Shown here: in pieces, positions 53,671 through 64,000 of the stretch
Layout of the letters: each line of letters begins with the position of its first letter
How positions within the stretch are numbered: position 1 is the stretch's first letter
Source of the DNA: Cenococcum geophilum
Lineage: Eukaryota
Length of the DNA stretch: 64,000 nt
Assembly (NCBI GenBank): GCA_050273025.1
Contig: CP158636.1
Location: 9,858,001-9,922,000 of the forward strand
Reading direction: 5' to 3'
Program-made: the position numbers and the translations under genes
The notes under the pieces: generated by a model
Database searches by the model: none
Seen by the model: the letters and a program-made list of their open reading frames with translations, nothing else
Told to the model about the DNA's origin: nothing

Positions 53671-55619
53671 GCACTGTGACTTTCCTATCTTAGAGAGGTC
53701 GTACCCTCCCACAGTAGAAATAGATATATTAAACTTTATACTAAGAGTATACTTACTATAAAAGTATAAGGATATATAGCATCTAATAGCATACTATAGT
53801 AAGAAGATAACACTATTAGAGTTAAACTATAACATCTATAATAAGGAGTTATTAGGTATAGTTATAGTACTTAAAAAATAAAGAGCATTCTTATAAGGCG
53901 TAAAGAAACTATTTATAGTTAAAACGGATTATAAGAACCTAATGGGGTTCCTAATAATAAAAGAACTTAATTATAGATAAGTTAAATAGGCAGAAATGCT
54001 TATAAAATACTATTTTAAGATTTAGTATATTAAGGGAACTAAGAATACAAGAGTAGATACACTTAGTAGAAAGGCTAAACTACAGAATAATAAAAAAAAC
54101 TATTAGGAGTAATGCTACGCAGAGATAATAACGGATTAATTAAATATAATTACCCTAAACTGGTAGTAACCTAAGAGGATAACGAACTAGAAAGAGTCTA
54201 TAAGATACTAAAAAGCTTTTAAGTATAAAGAATTCTAAAAATATAGCTAGAAGATCTATAGATAAATATATATAAAAATTAAGAAGTAAAGTATATCCTA
54301 AAGAGTATAGCAAAGCATTTTATAGAAAATTTTTATAGAGGAATAACTTAGTGATATAATGGAGTAATAGGCTTAGTGTTAAGACTTTAAGAAGAATATA
54401 TTATTAACGGAATTTAGAATATCGTAAGAAAAGTAATAAAAGAGTGTCTAGATTGCTAAAGAAATAAATTAATAAGGCATAAGCTATATAGAGGGCTATA
54501 ACCTATTAAAATATTAAAAAGACTATAGGAGGTTATATTATAGGACTTTATTGTTAAGTTACTAAAGTTAAGAGATTCTATTACTAGATAAGAATATAAT
54601 ATAATCTTAGTAATAGTAAACAAGTTAACTAAATAGGGCTACTTTATAGTATGTATAGAAGAAATCTTAGCGAAGGATATTGCTAGAATCTATATTAAGG
54701 AAGTATTTATAAGACATAGAGTACGAAGCAAAATTATATCAGATAGAGATTTAAGATTTATAGTAGTATTCTAGGAGGTATTTTTAGTAAAGCAAGGAGT
54801 TAAAGCAGTAACTTTTACTATATATTATCCGCAGACAGATAGATAAACAGAAAGATTAAATTAGACGCTAGAATAGTATTTAAGATATTATATTAACTAT
54901 ATATAGAACAACCAGGTATTATCACTACCAACTATATAGCTTATATATAATATAATACTATCAGAAGGAATAGGTATATTACTATTTAAGGCAAACTACG
55001 GGTATAAGTTAAGAACATTATTATTACTATAGTAAGCGAAGAAAATAAGTAGTACAGCTAAAGAAAGGATAAAAATACTAATAAATCTTTATATAGACCT
55101 TATAGAGTTAGCGAAAAAGGTATAAGAGAGAATAAAAAAGTACTATAATGTTAAGAGATCTAAGGAACTAGATCTTAAGGAGGGAGATAAAGTATAGCTA
55201 CTATATAAAAATTTTAAGAGTTAACAACTAAGCAAAAAGTTAGACTATATTAGGTTAGGACCTTTTAAAATTATTTAAAGGATTTTACTAGTTACGTTTA
55301 AGTTAAACCTACTAGCTAAAATAAAGATCTACCCTATATAGTATATCGCAATACTAGAGCCAGTATACGGAAATATTAAGCCACTAGTTTATAAAGTAGA
55401 CACGCATAAAGGATAAGAGGAAGATAAATAGTAAGTTTTAAAGATTATTAGTTATAAGGATATTAATAATAAAATATAGTATAAGGTTAAGTAGATAGGC
55501 TATAATAAGACTACCTAGGAGTTACTAGAAAATCTAAAAAAATGCTATAGGAAAAGTATAGGAGTATTAGAAGAGATTAGGTTAGGTAGTATTAATAAAA
55601 AAGGATTACTAAAGAATAA

Positions 55620-56195
55620 ATCGCCTAAGGGAAACCTAAGAAGAGTAGTTACTAAACTACTTAGATCTATTTCCTTCTTGGTTAAAAGAAAATCTATTTT
55701 TTTATTACTAAGTTTCTATAAACCTTATTTTATAAGTTTCTATTCCTTAAAATAGACCTTTTTATAAACTTTTTTAAGATAGAGTAATTAAGCGGACGCC
55801 GTAATATAAGCATTTAAGGCCTTTTATTCCGCGTTATAAGAACATTCTAACTTAGTAAGAGCTTAAATAACTCGCTATTAAAATAAGCAGTAGTAGATTA
55901 AATATAAGACCCTAAGACAAATTAATTAAGGAATTAGATGGCTATTATAAGTAATAAAGCGCGTATATTTAGCATTAGAAGTAGAGTAAACATTATAAAA
56001 TAAATAAATATTCGCTTTAGTGCACTCTAAGTAAAAGAACGGTTATCGCGAAGATAGACTTGCCAACGTAATATAAACTAACCCCTTTTTCGCATAATAA
56101 GAATATAGAGACGGTATAATTTCACTAAGTAACAATATTGCAGTAATAGTGTGAGCCCAATATTACGCGTATAAAGAAGAAGAGGCTTTAGGTAT
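55620..56195 (-). pseudogene. Antisense accessory ORF relic in the G3 3' region: six-Cys motif followed by a predicted coiled coil
   Basis: Minus strand reads IPKASSSLYA*YWAHTITAILLLSEIIPSLYSYYAKKGLVYITLASLSSR*PFFYLECTKANIYLFYNVYS. This de-RIPs plausibly to PCSRCAKKGLVC...SSCSECTKAN...CDV, then ...ASARLLRLEKV...KEQKLMERGLQEL. Confidence 0.65.
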
Positions 56196-56303
56196 AATAA
56201 GTAATAATATTAACTAAATTAATTAGACGGATATTATACCTCTAATAAACAACCTAAAGATACTAAGAATCTTTAAGGACAAAGATAAAAAGGAGGGAGA
56301 TAA

Positions 56304-56724
56304 TATTACGGACGCTTTAAGTATAATATTATAACTACTAGGAAAGGAGTTAAAAGAAGCTAGTTAGTTAATATAGGCACGGTCTAGGATAAAACTAGTA
56401 GAGCTATATAATAAGGAATAGTAGCTAAGGTTATATAACGTGCTATGTATTAAATAAGAGGAATAGGAGAAACTTATATACCTTATGTATAAGACGTACC
56501 TTACATATAAGGAGGATTTCTTAGGAGTATAGTTGTGTATTTAAAGGACCATAGTCCCTACCTAGATAGTTCTTCTCTCCTTATAGTAAATCTTAGAATA
56601 TAATTAAAGTTAATCTATTAGGCAACTACTCTATTAGTTATATTTACGTTATTAACTATTCTACACTATTATACCCAGCCTATTAACAAGTCTACCGTAG
56701 TATTTCCTATAAGGCTTTATTACA
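56304..56724 (+). repeat. 3' LTR of G3
   Basis: Direct repeat of 21983-22403, preceded by the PPT. Confidence 0.95.
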
Positions 56725-56729
56725 CTATA

Positions 56730-57185
56730 TAGGAGAAGGGCAAGATTTCTACCTCTTAAGAAAAGCTTATCTCTAAAGTTACTTAGATTAAAAACGCTAA
56801 AAGAGATAATATAGATAAGTAAAAGGAATAAGACGCTAATAGTAAAGAGCGTAGGACTAGATCTAGCTTTAATAATAGAAGCGGATTTTAACCTAATCGC
56901 TTTATAAAGAAATAGCGTAGGTAGGCCTTATAGTCCTAAAATAACAGTAGGTAGAAATCTAATTTAAATAATTAAAACTAAAAGCTATTAATCAATTTTA
57001 ACTATTATAAGGAAGGCTATAAGAGACATTACTATCTATAGAAAAAGTAAAGGTTGGCTTAGCTAGGAAAAAAGAGAGCCTAATAGATATCTACTTATTT
57101 ATACTAGGCTATTAAAAGGAGGAAGGAGTAGGCTATTATATAGTTATTTATACCTTTATTTACATTAATAATAAATAGGTAATAA
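56730..57185 (+). mobile_element. Degenerate relic (possibly Copia-like gag) that hosts G3 and L2; continuous with ~21465-21982 and 62749-62947
   Basis: Continuity through the TSDs; RIP'd knuckle-like CYKEGYKRHYYL (~57003-57040); GGARIG.AIG.G segment (~62870). Confidence 0.4.
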
Positions 57186-57382
57186 TATATAGACACTTAA
57201 AAAAGGAGCTCTTGCTACACCCGGCCCAAAAAGACCAAAACCAACTAAAAGAACCCTGAAAAACACCTAGAGAATCCCCCTGAGATGCATGCATTGCAGG
57301 GGAGGCACACATTAAACGACGGTGGCTTGCACTCGCGCGCGACCGCTAGAACTACGCCTAGCAATAGCCCTCTATAATAAAG

Positions 57383-58920
57383 ATGGGCGAATACTACACT
57401 ATAAAGCGGAAATACCTCTATTAAAAAGGCATCTAATACAATATAAAGCCTATTAGACGCGTTTAGTATCTAGAATTATAGGGGAGTAACCGTTAGCTAT
57501 AATAAACTAATATAGCTAGCAAAATGGCTTCGCTAATTTAGCGAACCTTAGGCGCCCCTTTAGCAAACCCTTAATTAAATCCTCTAACGGCTAAGCAAAA
57601 TTAAAAATAAGTATAACCCCCCTTTACTAGCGAACCGCACCTAGGCCGCTATAGCTGTACTTTTATAGCATAGGGAACCTACCCCCCTTAAGTTAATAAC
57701 TAGGTATATAATTATAATATAACTAAATATAGAATAAGTAGAGGGGCTTAGAGGATAATTAGAAACAGAAGTCCTTATAAAGATACATAAAGAGGTTTAT
57801 AACGCTATTATAGTCTAATACCTTAAGAGCGGAGATATTAGAGTTACCTTAAAAGACTAATAGGTAAAGAAATAAGCTATAAGGGCAGGGGATAGGCTAG
57901 GAGAACGTATTGGTATAAAAGTACTCTATAAGGATTACCTAGTTAAAGTCCTAGTGGTTCCTATAAGCCTTAGGGTAGAAAAGGGATGCTAGGCGGACAA
58001 TATAGCAATTATATAGGAGATAGTAAGATAAATAGAACGCCTTATATTAGGACTTAAAATCACCTAAATCTAATAGCTTTAATAGGAAAATGTAAACTAA
58101 GTATATAATAAGAATAATGAGAGGATATAAGGGTCGCTAGAGACTTACTAGGGAGACGCTAAACGAACGTATAGCTCCCTTATTATCAGTATATATATAC
58201 TAGGAATGTAAAAACTCCTTATCTAAAAAGGAATAATTATAAATAGCCTTATATACAATATAAGGCTCTATAACCATAGACTACGCCTAGAATAATGCTA
58301 TTGCTATATATAATAGGGATATACCTAATCTATATGCGTAGCACAGGTATACTGCGGCCACTGTGCAGGCCCCTATAATATAAGACATTGCTTAAATTAA
58401 GACTAAATAAAATACGTAAACTGCTACTAAAGCATATATAAGGCGTAGGAGAGAAAAGACTGTATTTAATATAGGAGATAAAAGGTAAGGGCTTAATAGC
58501 TGCGGGAATAACTGCACGCTAGGTTATATAAATGGAAATAATAGGCAATAAGCTAGGGGGATATAGGTGCCTTCCTAGCGTTTCCTACCTTTAATACTAA
58601 AGGGCTAGGCTAGCTATCCTAAGCCTTAACGGGCCAGAAGCGATACCGCGCGATATTACTAAACTAATTAGGGATATAAGGGTTATAGGGGATATAAGGG
58701 AGAGGACGCCCCGTAGGAAGACCCCTATAGACAGTAATAGTAGGCTTAAGACCAGGATAATTAAGAATTAGACTTAATACGGCAAATATAATATTTATAG
58801 CCGACTTATAAAGGGTATATAGCCGACCAGTAAGAATAGGGAAAGAACCGGTAATAATAATAGATTTAGATATAGAAGCGCTAATAGGAATACAAGATAT
58901 GGGAATAGAAAGCTCTATAT
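57383..58920 (+). pseudogene. LINE ORF1 (gag-like) with three CCHC knuckles
   Basis: ~58295-58465 de-RIPs to CY.C.QWGH...C...CGHCAGPH....C......C.NC....H.AW...C; boundaries approximate. Confidence 0.8.
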
Positions 58921-61800
58921 AAAATAAGTAGTAACTAGGGTGTAAATATAAGAGATAGAAGCTTTAAATATCCTAGAGAAAGTAGAAATAGAAGAAGTGA
59001 GGAATAAAGGAGAGTTAAAGGACCCTCGCTAGGGGTCCGCCACCTATCTATTATATAGTATAACTGCGGTAATATAAACCACCGCCTTATAAGGCCCTTA
59101 CTAGATAGTCTAGACCTAGAGAAATACTATATCCTTACTATACAAGAGCCGTATTATAATACCTTTATATAATTAATATACTGCCCCTAAGGATTCCAGC
59201 TCCTATATAAACTAAAAGCAGCTATATATATGTGCTTTATAATTAGTAAGACTATTAGCCTATCCTTATAGTTATAATAGGCAGTTAACCTAGATGTTAT
59301 AGTTATAATAATCTAAATATATAGGGGACCGGTATAAATTATTAATGTATATAACCCTAGGGTTAAAGGGGTCCCATAAATAGAGAATATTATATTAGTA
59401 ATAAGCTTACTAGAAACCGAAGGTATAGAGTTTATCCTATTAGGAGATATAAACCTCTACTACCTATAGTAGGGGGGTATCTATATTGCTATAGATTAAT
59501 AGTTAGAGTACCTACTAAGAGCTATAGATATCTAGGGCCTTAAGCTAGCTACCCCCCTAGGAGTAATTATATGGTAATAAGGCACCGCTAAAAGTATAAT
59601 TAACCTTATATTTATGGACGAAGGCCTATATTAGAGACTTAAAAGGTATAACCCTAAAGAAGAATAGGCACTTACCCTAGACTATATCCTTATCTAGATA
59701 TAACTAAACCTAGATACTAAAGCGCAACTAAATAGAAAAAGATATGCAATAAGGAAGCTTAAGATAGACAGTTTCCTTAATATAGTTAAATAATAACTCT
59801 AAGACCTAGAAGAAATCCACCTAATATTAAACAAGCGAGGCTTATTAGCTACCCCTAAGGAAATTAACCAAAGACTAGAAAGGATCTAGGTAGCGATTAA
59901 AAATAGGCTAGAAGAGCACTGCCCGATCTTAAAACCGGGCCCCTATACGCGATACGCATGGTCTACACAATGCGTAGTTCTGGTTACCAGCTAATAACGA
60001 GTAAAAAGGAAATATATAAGCAGCCACGACCCTAAAGATAAGAGATAATATAAAGATATAAGAAACCAGCTAAAGAATACCCTAAAAAAAAAGCAAGTAA
60101 TAACTGGAGATAGTTTATAAATAAGTATACTTCTAACCTAAGCCTCCCCTATAACAAGGGCCTTTAGGCTATAGCGAAATAGGCAAAAAAAAAGGCAGGG
60201 CGCCTAGTAGAAGATTTATACCTACTACCCCTACGAAGAGTAGGAGAATTATAGGCTATAAACGACAATAATAAGAAGGCGGAGATCCTTATAGAAAGGT
60301 TCTTCCCCTAACCGGCTCTAGTAGACCTTAGTAATATTACGGGTAAAACACTAGTGACTCGCCTATAGGTCGACAGCGACATAATAATAGAGGAAATGGC
60401 TAGAACTATTAGCCGCCTTTTAAATAATATAGTACTAGGACCAGATAGGATTCTAAATAAGGCCCTAAAAACCTGTAGGCCACTTATAGCACCTTAGCTT
60501 GCAGATATAGCTAGAGCATGCTTTGCTATAGGCTACTACCCACGACTTGGAAGATCTATAACAACGGTTGTTCTATAAAAAGAAGGTAAAGCAGATTACT
60601 TAATCCCAGGAAGCTACCGCCCTATTACCTTAGAAAACACCCTTAGTAAGATCTTAGAAAGGGTAATAGCGGAACGTATAGTAGATACGGTAGAGGAACA
60701 TGCCTTACTACCATAAAGCTAAATAGGGGCAAGAAAGAACCGCTTAATACTATCAGCACTTACGCTACTCGCTACTACTATTAAATCTACATAGGCGATG
60801 CGAAAGGACTTCGTAGTATTAATGCTTAGCCTAGATATTAGTGGTGCCTACAATAATATACCCTACGAGCGTCTTCTGTATATCCTTAGGGCAAAGGGCT
60901 TCTTAAAATGGATTATATAATTTATCTAAGGGTTTACAGGCTAGAAAGAAACATTATTGGTCTTTAGCGGATACTAGAGCCCCCCTATTATAGTTACAAC
61001 AGGAATACCATAAGGATTACCCCTCTCGCCTATACTCTTCCTTTTCTTTATAAGCAACCTACTTAACTCCTTTAAAAAAGGGGCGACCTAGGGGATAGGC
61101 TTTGTTAATAATATAAACCTAATTATATACGGGCTAATAGCCGCAGAGAATTACAGAATACTAGAGAAAGCCTATAACACTTATATAGAATAGGCAAGAC
61201 GTTATAGAGTCCAATTTTTACTAGAGAAATACTAGCTAATCTATTTTATAAGAAAACGCAACCAATCTGCAGATCTTTAGCATATAATTCGCATCTAAGG
61301 CTTTAGGGGTTAACTAGTTTAGGGCCTAAGGGTACTAGAAGTATGGGTAGATAGTAAGCTCTAGTGGAGCGTATATACGGCGTAAGCGGCCTATAAAGGC
61401 TAAGTATAGTTTATTACTTTATCTAGGATTGTTAATTCTATATAGGGTCCATGCTTTTAGAGGTTACGCCTACTATATATAGTAGTTGTCTGGCTAACTA
61501 TAACATATAGATCCAGTATTTGGGCCATTAGAGAAACTAAAAAGGGCCCCCTAAAATTACTTCTTAAACTACTTTAAAAGGTCTAAACAGCCTGCCTTTA
61601 GAGTATTATAGGCGGGTATAAGCAAACGGCCACAGCACTACTTAAGAAGGAATCTAATATTCCCCCCCTATAGTTATATATTAAAGCCGCTGTAATATAA
61701 AGGACGCAAAATAAACATAACTTTAATATTATAAAGTATATTAAGATACGCCTAAGTAAACTATAGAGGGACCCTAGGGAGAATAAACCAACAACCCTAA
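58920..61800 (+). pseudogene. LINE ORF2: AP endonuclease plus reverse transcriptase; no RNase H recognised
   Basis: IIQYNC (~59050), IQEPY, LGDINL, SYRPITLENTLSKILE (~60612), GIPQGSPLSPILFLFF (~61002), GFVDDTNL (~61098); boundaries approximate. Confidence 0.85.
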
Positions 61801-62947
61801 AGTAGGGAAGAGATATTAGAGAAACAGGTAAAGAAAGTAGAAGAAGAATAGTATTACTTTAGGGCCCAGGCCTATATAGAGGAGGAAGGGAGATATATAA
61901 GAGGTTAGCAAAAATAACAATAAAATAGAGAAAGGAGCTAAAGTAGAATATATAAGAACGCCAGGAAACCATCTACCGTAATGCAATACTGGTTAGACTA
62001 ACGCTGGAGAGGTAAATAGAAGTTAAAGGTATAGAGGCTAACTTAGGTAAGACAAACCTAAGCTATAGCATAGTTAACGCTATAGGGGGTAAATACCTAA
62101 GGGCTCCGAGAAGGCCTAATAAAGGTAAAAAATATAATAGCAACACTTTTAAGAATAGGAATAATAGGACTAAAAGATTGGCTTTACTAGGTGGGTGTCC
62201 TAGTAGGTAGCCTAAGATGCGAATATGGCTAGCTAAGACAGACACCGAAACACGTAATACTGCTATGCCCCCTATACACTAATTAAGAAATAATGCTCTT
62301 AGCAGCTAGCACAAAGAACTATAATACACTGCTCTTAATATAAAAAGGCCTTAAGGCGGTTACCTAGTAGCTTATTAGTTAAAATATGCTAAATTAGTTC
62401 CGGGTTATAAGGGAAATGGTAATAAAAGGCAAGGGGGCGAGTAGTAGGTGCCCCCTAGTAACTCTATAGTAGTAAAGTAAAAGTTTATAATACTAGCGCG
62501 TCCGTAGGCTTATTACGGCAGTAGTGGTTCCTAAGGAGGTTAAATAGTAAGGTAGTAGAGCACTATAGGCGACTCGTAGGCGCTAAGTAGGCAAGTCCTA
62601 AAAGGCGGGGAAATGGATTATAGGGTTTTCTCATTTTTTTTAAATAGAGTTTTCTCCCCATATGTAAATAAGGAGTAGTCTGCGTGGGCCCAATAGGGAT
62701 CCAAATCGGACGTTAAGCAATGAATTATTATTAATAAATAGGTAATAAGATTTATTTCTTAATTATTAGTAAAGTAATTAGATTTAGACCTTAGCTACTA
62801 TAGACCTTATATTAGTAGTAGTATAACTACTAAGAGAGGATATAAATAGGTTAGTTGTAAAAGCGTTGGGGGCGCTAGAATTGGTTAGGCTATAGGATAA
62901 GGAATAGATAAATTATATAAGGATTTACGTGTTTATACTTAGTACGT

Positions 62948-64000
62948 TTCTAGGTAAATAACTTCTTAAGTTCCCTAAATAACTTCCCTTACTTATCTCT
63001 CTATACCTATAGTTCCTTTTTTTTAAGCTTTATAAATGGTTTAATATTCTTTAACTATTACGCTATAAACCTTCTATAGTAATTATAAATCCCTAAAAAT
63101 AACCTTAACTGCGTTACGTTCTCTAGTTTTTACTAATTTACTATAACTTCTATTTTCTTTAGGTCTATACTAGTATAACTTAGTTTAATAATAAATCTAA
63201 TAAAATCTATCCTCTTTATAAAGAACTCGTATTTCTTAATTACTACTAGTATCTATTCTTCCTATAGTCTCTCTAAAACCTATTTAACGTATTCTCCGTA
63301 TTTTCCCTTAGTTATTAAGTAGATAATAATATTGTTAAAGTATACTATAATAAACTTATTTAAGTGTTCTCCTAATATATTATTAATTTGTTTCTAGAAT
63401 ATTACTAGTACGTTTATAAGTCTAAATTACGTAACTAATAGTTTATATAGTCCTTCCTTTAACCTAAAGGCTGCCTTTTATTTATTACCCTTTTTAATCC
63501 TAATCTAATAGTATACCTATCTTAGATTTATCTTTATAAAGATTTATATATTACTTATTTTATCTTAAATCTTACTAATTAAGGGTAAAAGATATCTATC
63601 CTTTCTAGTAATGCTATTTAACTATTTATAGTTAATATATAGCCTAAGTTGCCTATTTTTCTTTAGTATAAATAGCACTAGATATCCTACTAATAACTAT
63701 AATAGTCTAATATATCCTTTTTATAAGTTCTTCTAGATAAATTCTTTAAGTACTCTTAACTCTTCTTAAGTTAGTTTATACATTAGAAGGAACTTTAGAC
63801 TTATTTCTAGTTTTAGTTCTATTTTATAGTTCTATACTATATACTCTAATAGCTTTTTACTTTCTAGGCTCTATAGCTTCTTACTATATTTATAGTATTT
63901 CTTTAGTATATAAGATAACCCTTTTTTAGTTTCCTTATATATCGCTTTAACTTAATACTATACTAATTTAGCTGCTATACACTTCTTATATTATTAAATA
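62948..64000 (-). mobile_element. RT region of a second G3-family element, inverted and truncated without an LTR at ~62948; continues beyond the window
   Basis: The reverse complement matches G3 39881-40238 plus 46600-47250 without the C1 insertion. Confidence 0.9.

Larger units (their letters stand above)
47294..53713 (+). mobile_element. Non-autonomous gag-only LTR retrotransposon G6 (Ylt1-like gag), lightly RIP'd
   Basis: 274-bp near-identical LTRs 47294-47567 and 53440-53713; 4-bp TSD GTAG; candidate tRNA PBS TGGCATTCCACGTGGGG (47575-47591); PPT GGCGGGGGAGG; no RT/RH/IN motifs seen. Confidence 0.88.
21983..56724 (+). mobile_element. Gypsy/chromovirus G3, about 7.8 kb native, expanded to 34.7 kb by five nested insertions
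   Basis: 421-bp LTRs 21983-22403 and 56304-56724; TSD CTATA; PPT AAAAAGGAGGGAGA. Motifs: gag knuckle CINCGKxGHYxKDC (~23440), protease (~33200), RT rejoined across C1, VVETDASDF across G6, integrase YHPQTDGQTERLNQ (~54825), chromodomain (~55430-55570). Confidence 0.95.
57186..62731 (+). mobile_element. Full-length Tad-like LINE (L2), ORF1 plus ORF2, RIP-inactivated
   Basis: 17-bp TSD TAATAAATAGGTAATAA (57169-57185 / 62732-62748); (ATT)n tail; ORF1 and ORF2 motifs present. Confidence 0.93.

Noticed and set aside
1..64000. Alternative genetic code or stop-codon readthrough to explain the many TAA/TAG codons
   Set aside because: Stops fall at Gln/Trp/Arg positions alongside pervasive C>T/G>A changes, and paired LTRs differ mainly by such transitions, which is the RIP pattern

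Overview
This window is AT-rich fungal heterochromatin from a filamentous ascomycete (Pezizomycotina type). It consists entirely of nested transposable elements whose ORFs were destroyed by RIP-type C>T/G>A transitions: TpA is strongly enriched, and stop codons replace Gln/Trp/Arg codons. I found no intact host gene, rRNA, tRNA or CRISPR, and the supplied ORFs are spurious or TE relics. LTR pairs, target-site duplications (TSDs) and rejoined host reading frames resolve two large nests. Nest 1 is chromovirus G2 (7360-~21460). It is interrupted by a GalEa-type Copia (itself split by another LTR element, G1), a deleted piggyBac, a solo LTR, a second GalEa Copia and a truncated Tad-like LINE. Nest 2 is chromovirus G3 (21983-56724, about 7.8 kb native). 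It carries two more chromoviruses, a SINE-like chimeric retroelement, a GalEa Copia and a gag-only element with a 4-bp TSD, plus a relic antisense Cys-rich ORF. A full-length LINE (57186-62731) and an inverted G3-family fragment follow. The most unusual signal is a non-coding module of a palindrome flanked by CCAAT boxes. It occurs downstream of the coding region in six different Copia and Gypsy elements, in both orientations. Protein motifs were read by eye with RIP changes mentally reversed; no database searches were run. Element names (G1-G6, C1, C2, L1, L2) are my labels.
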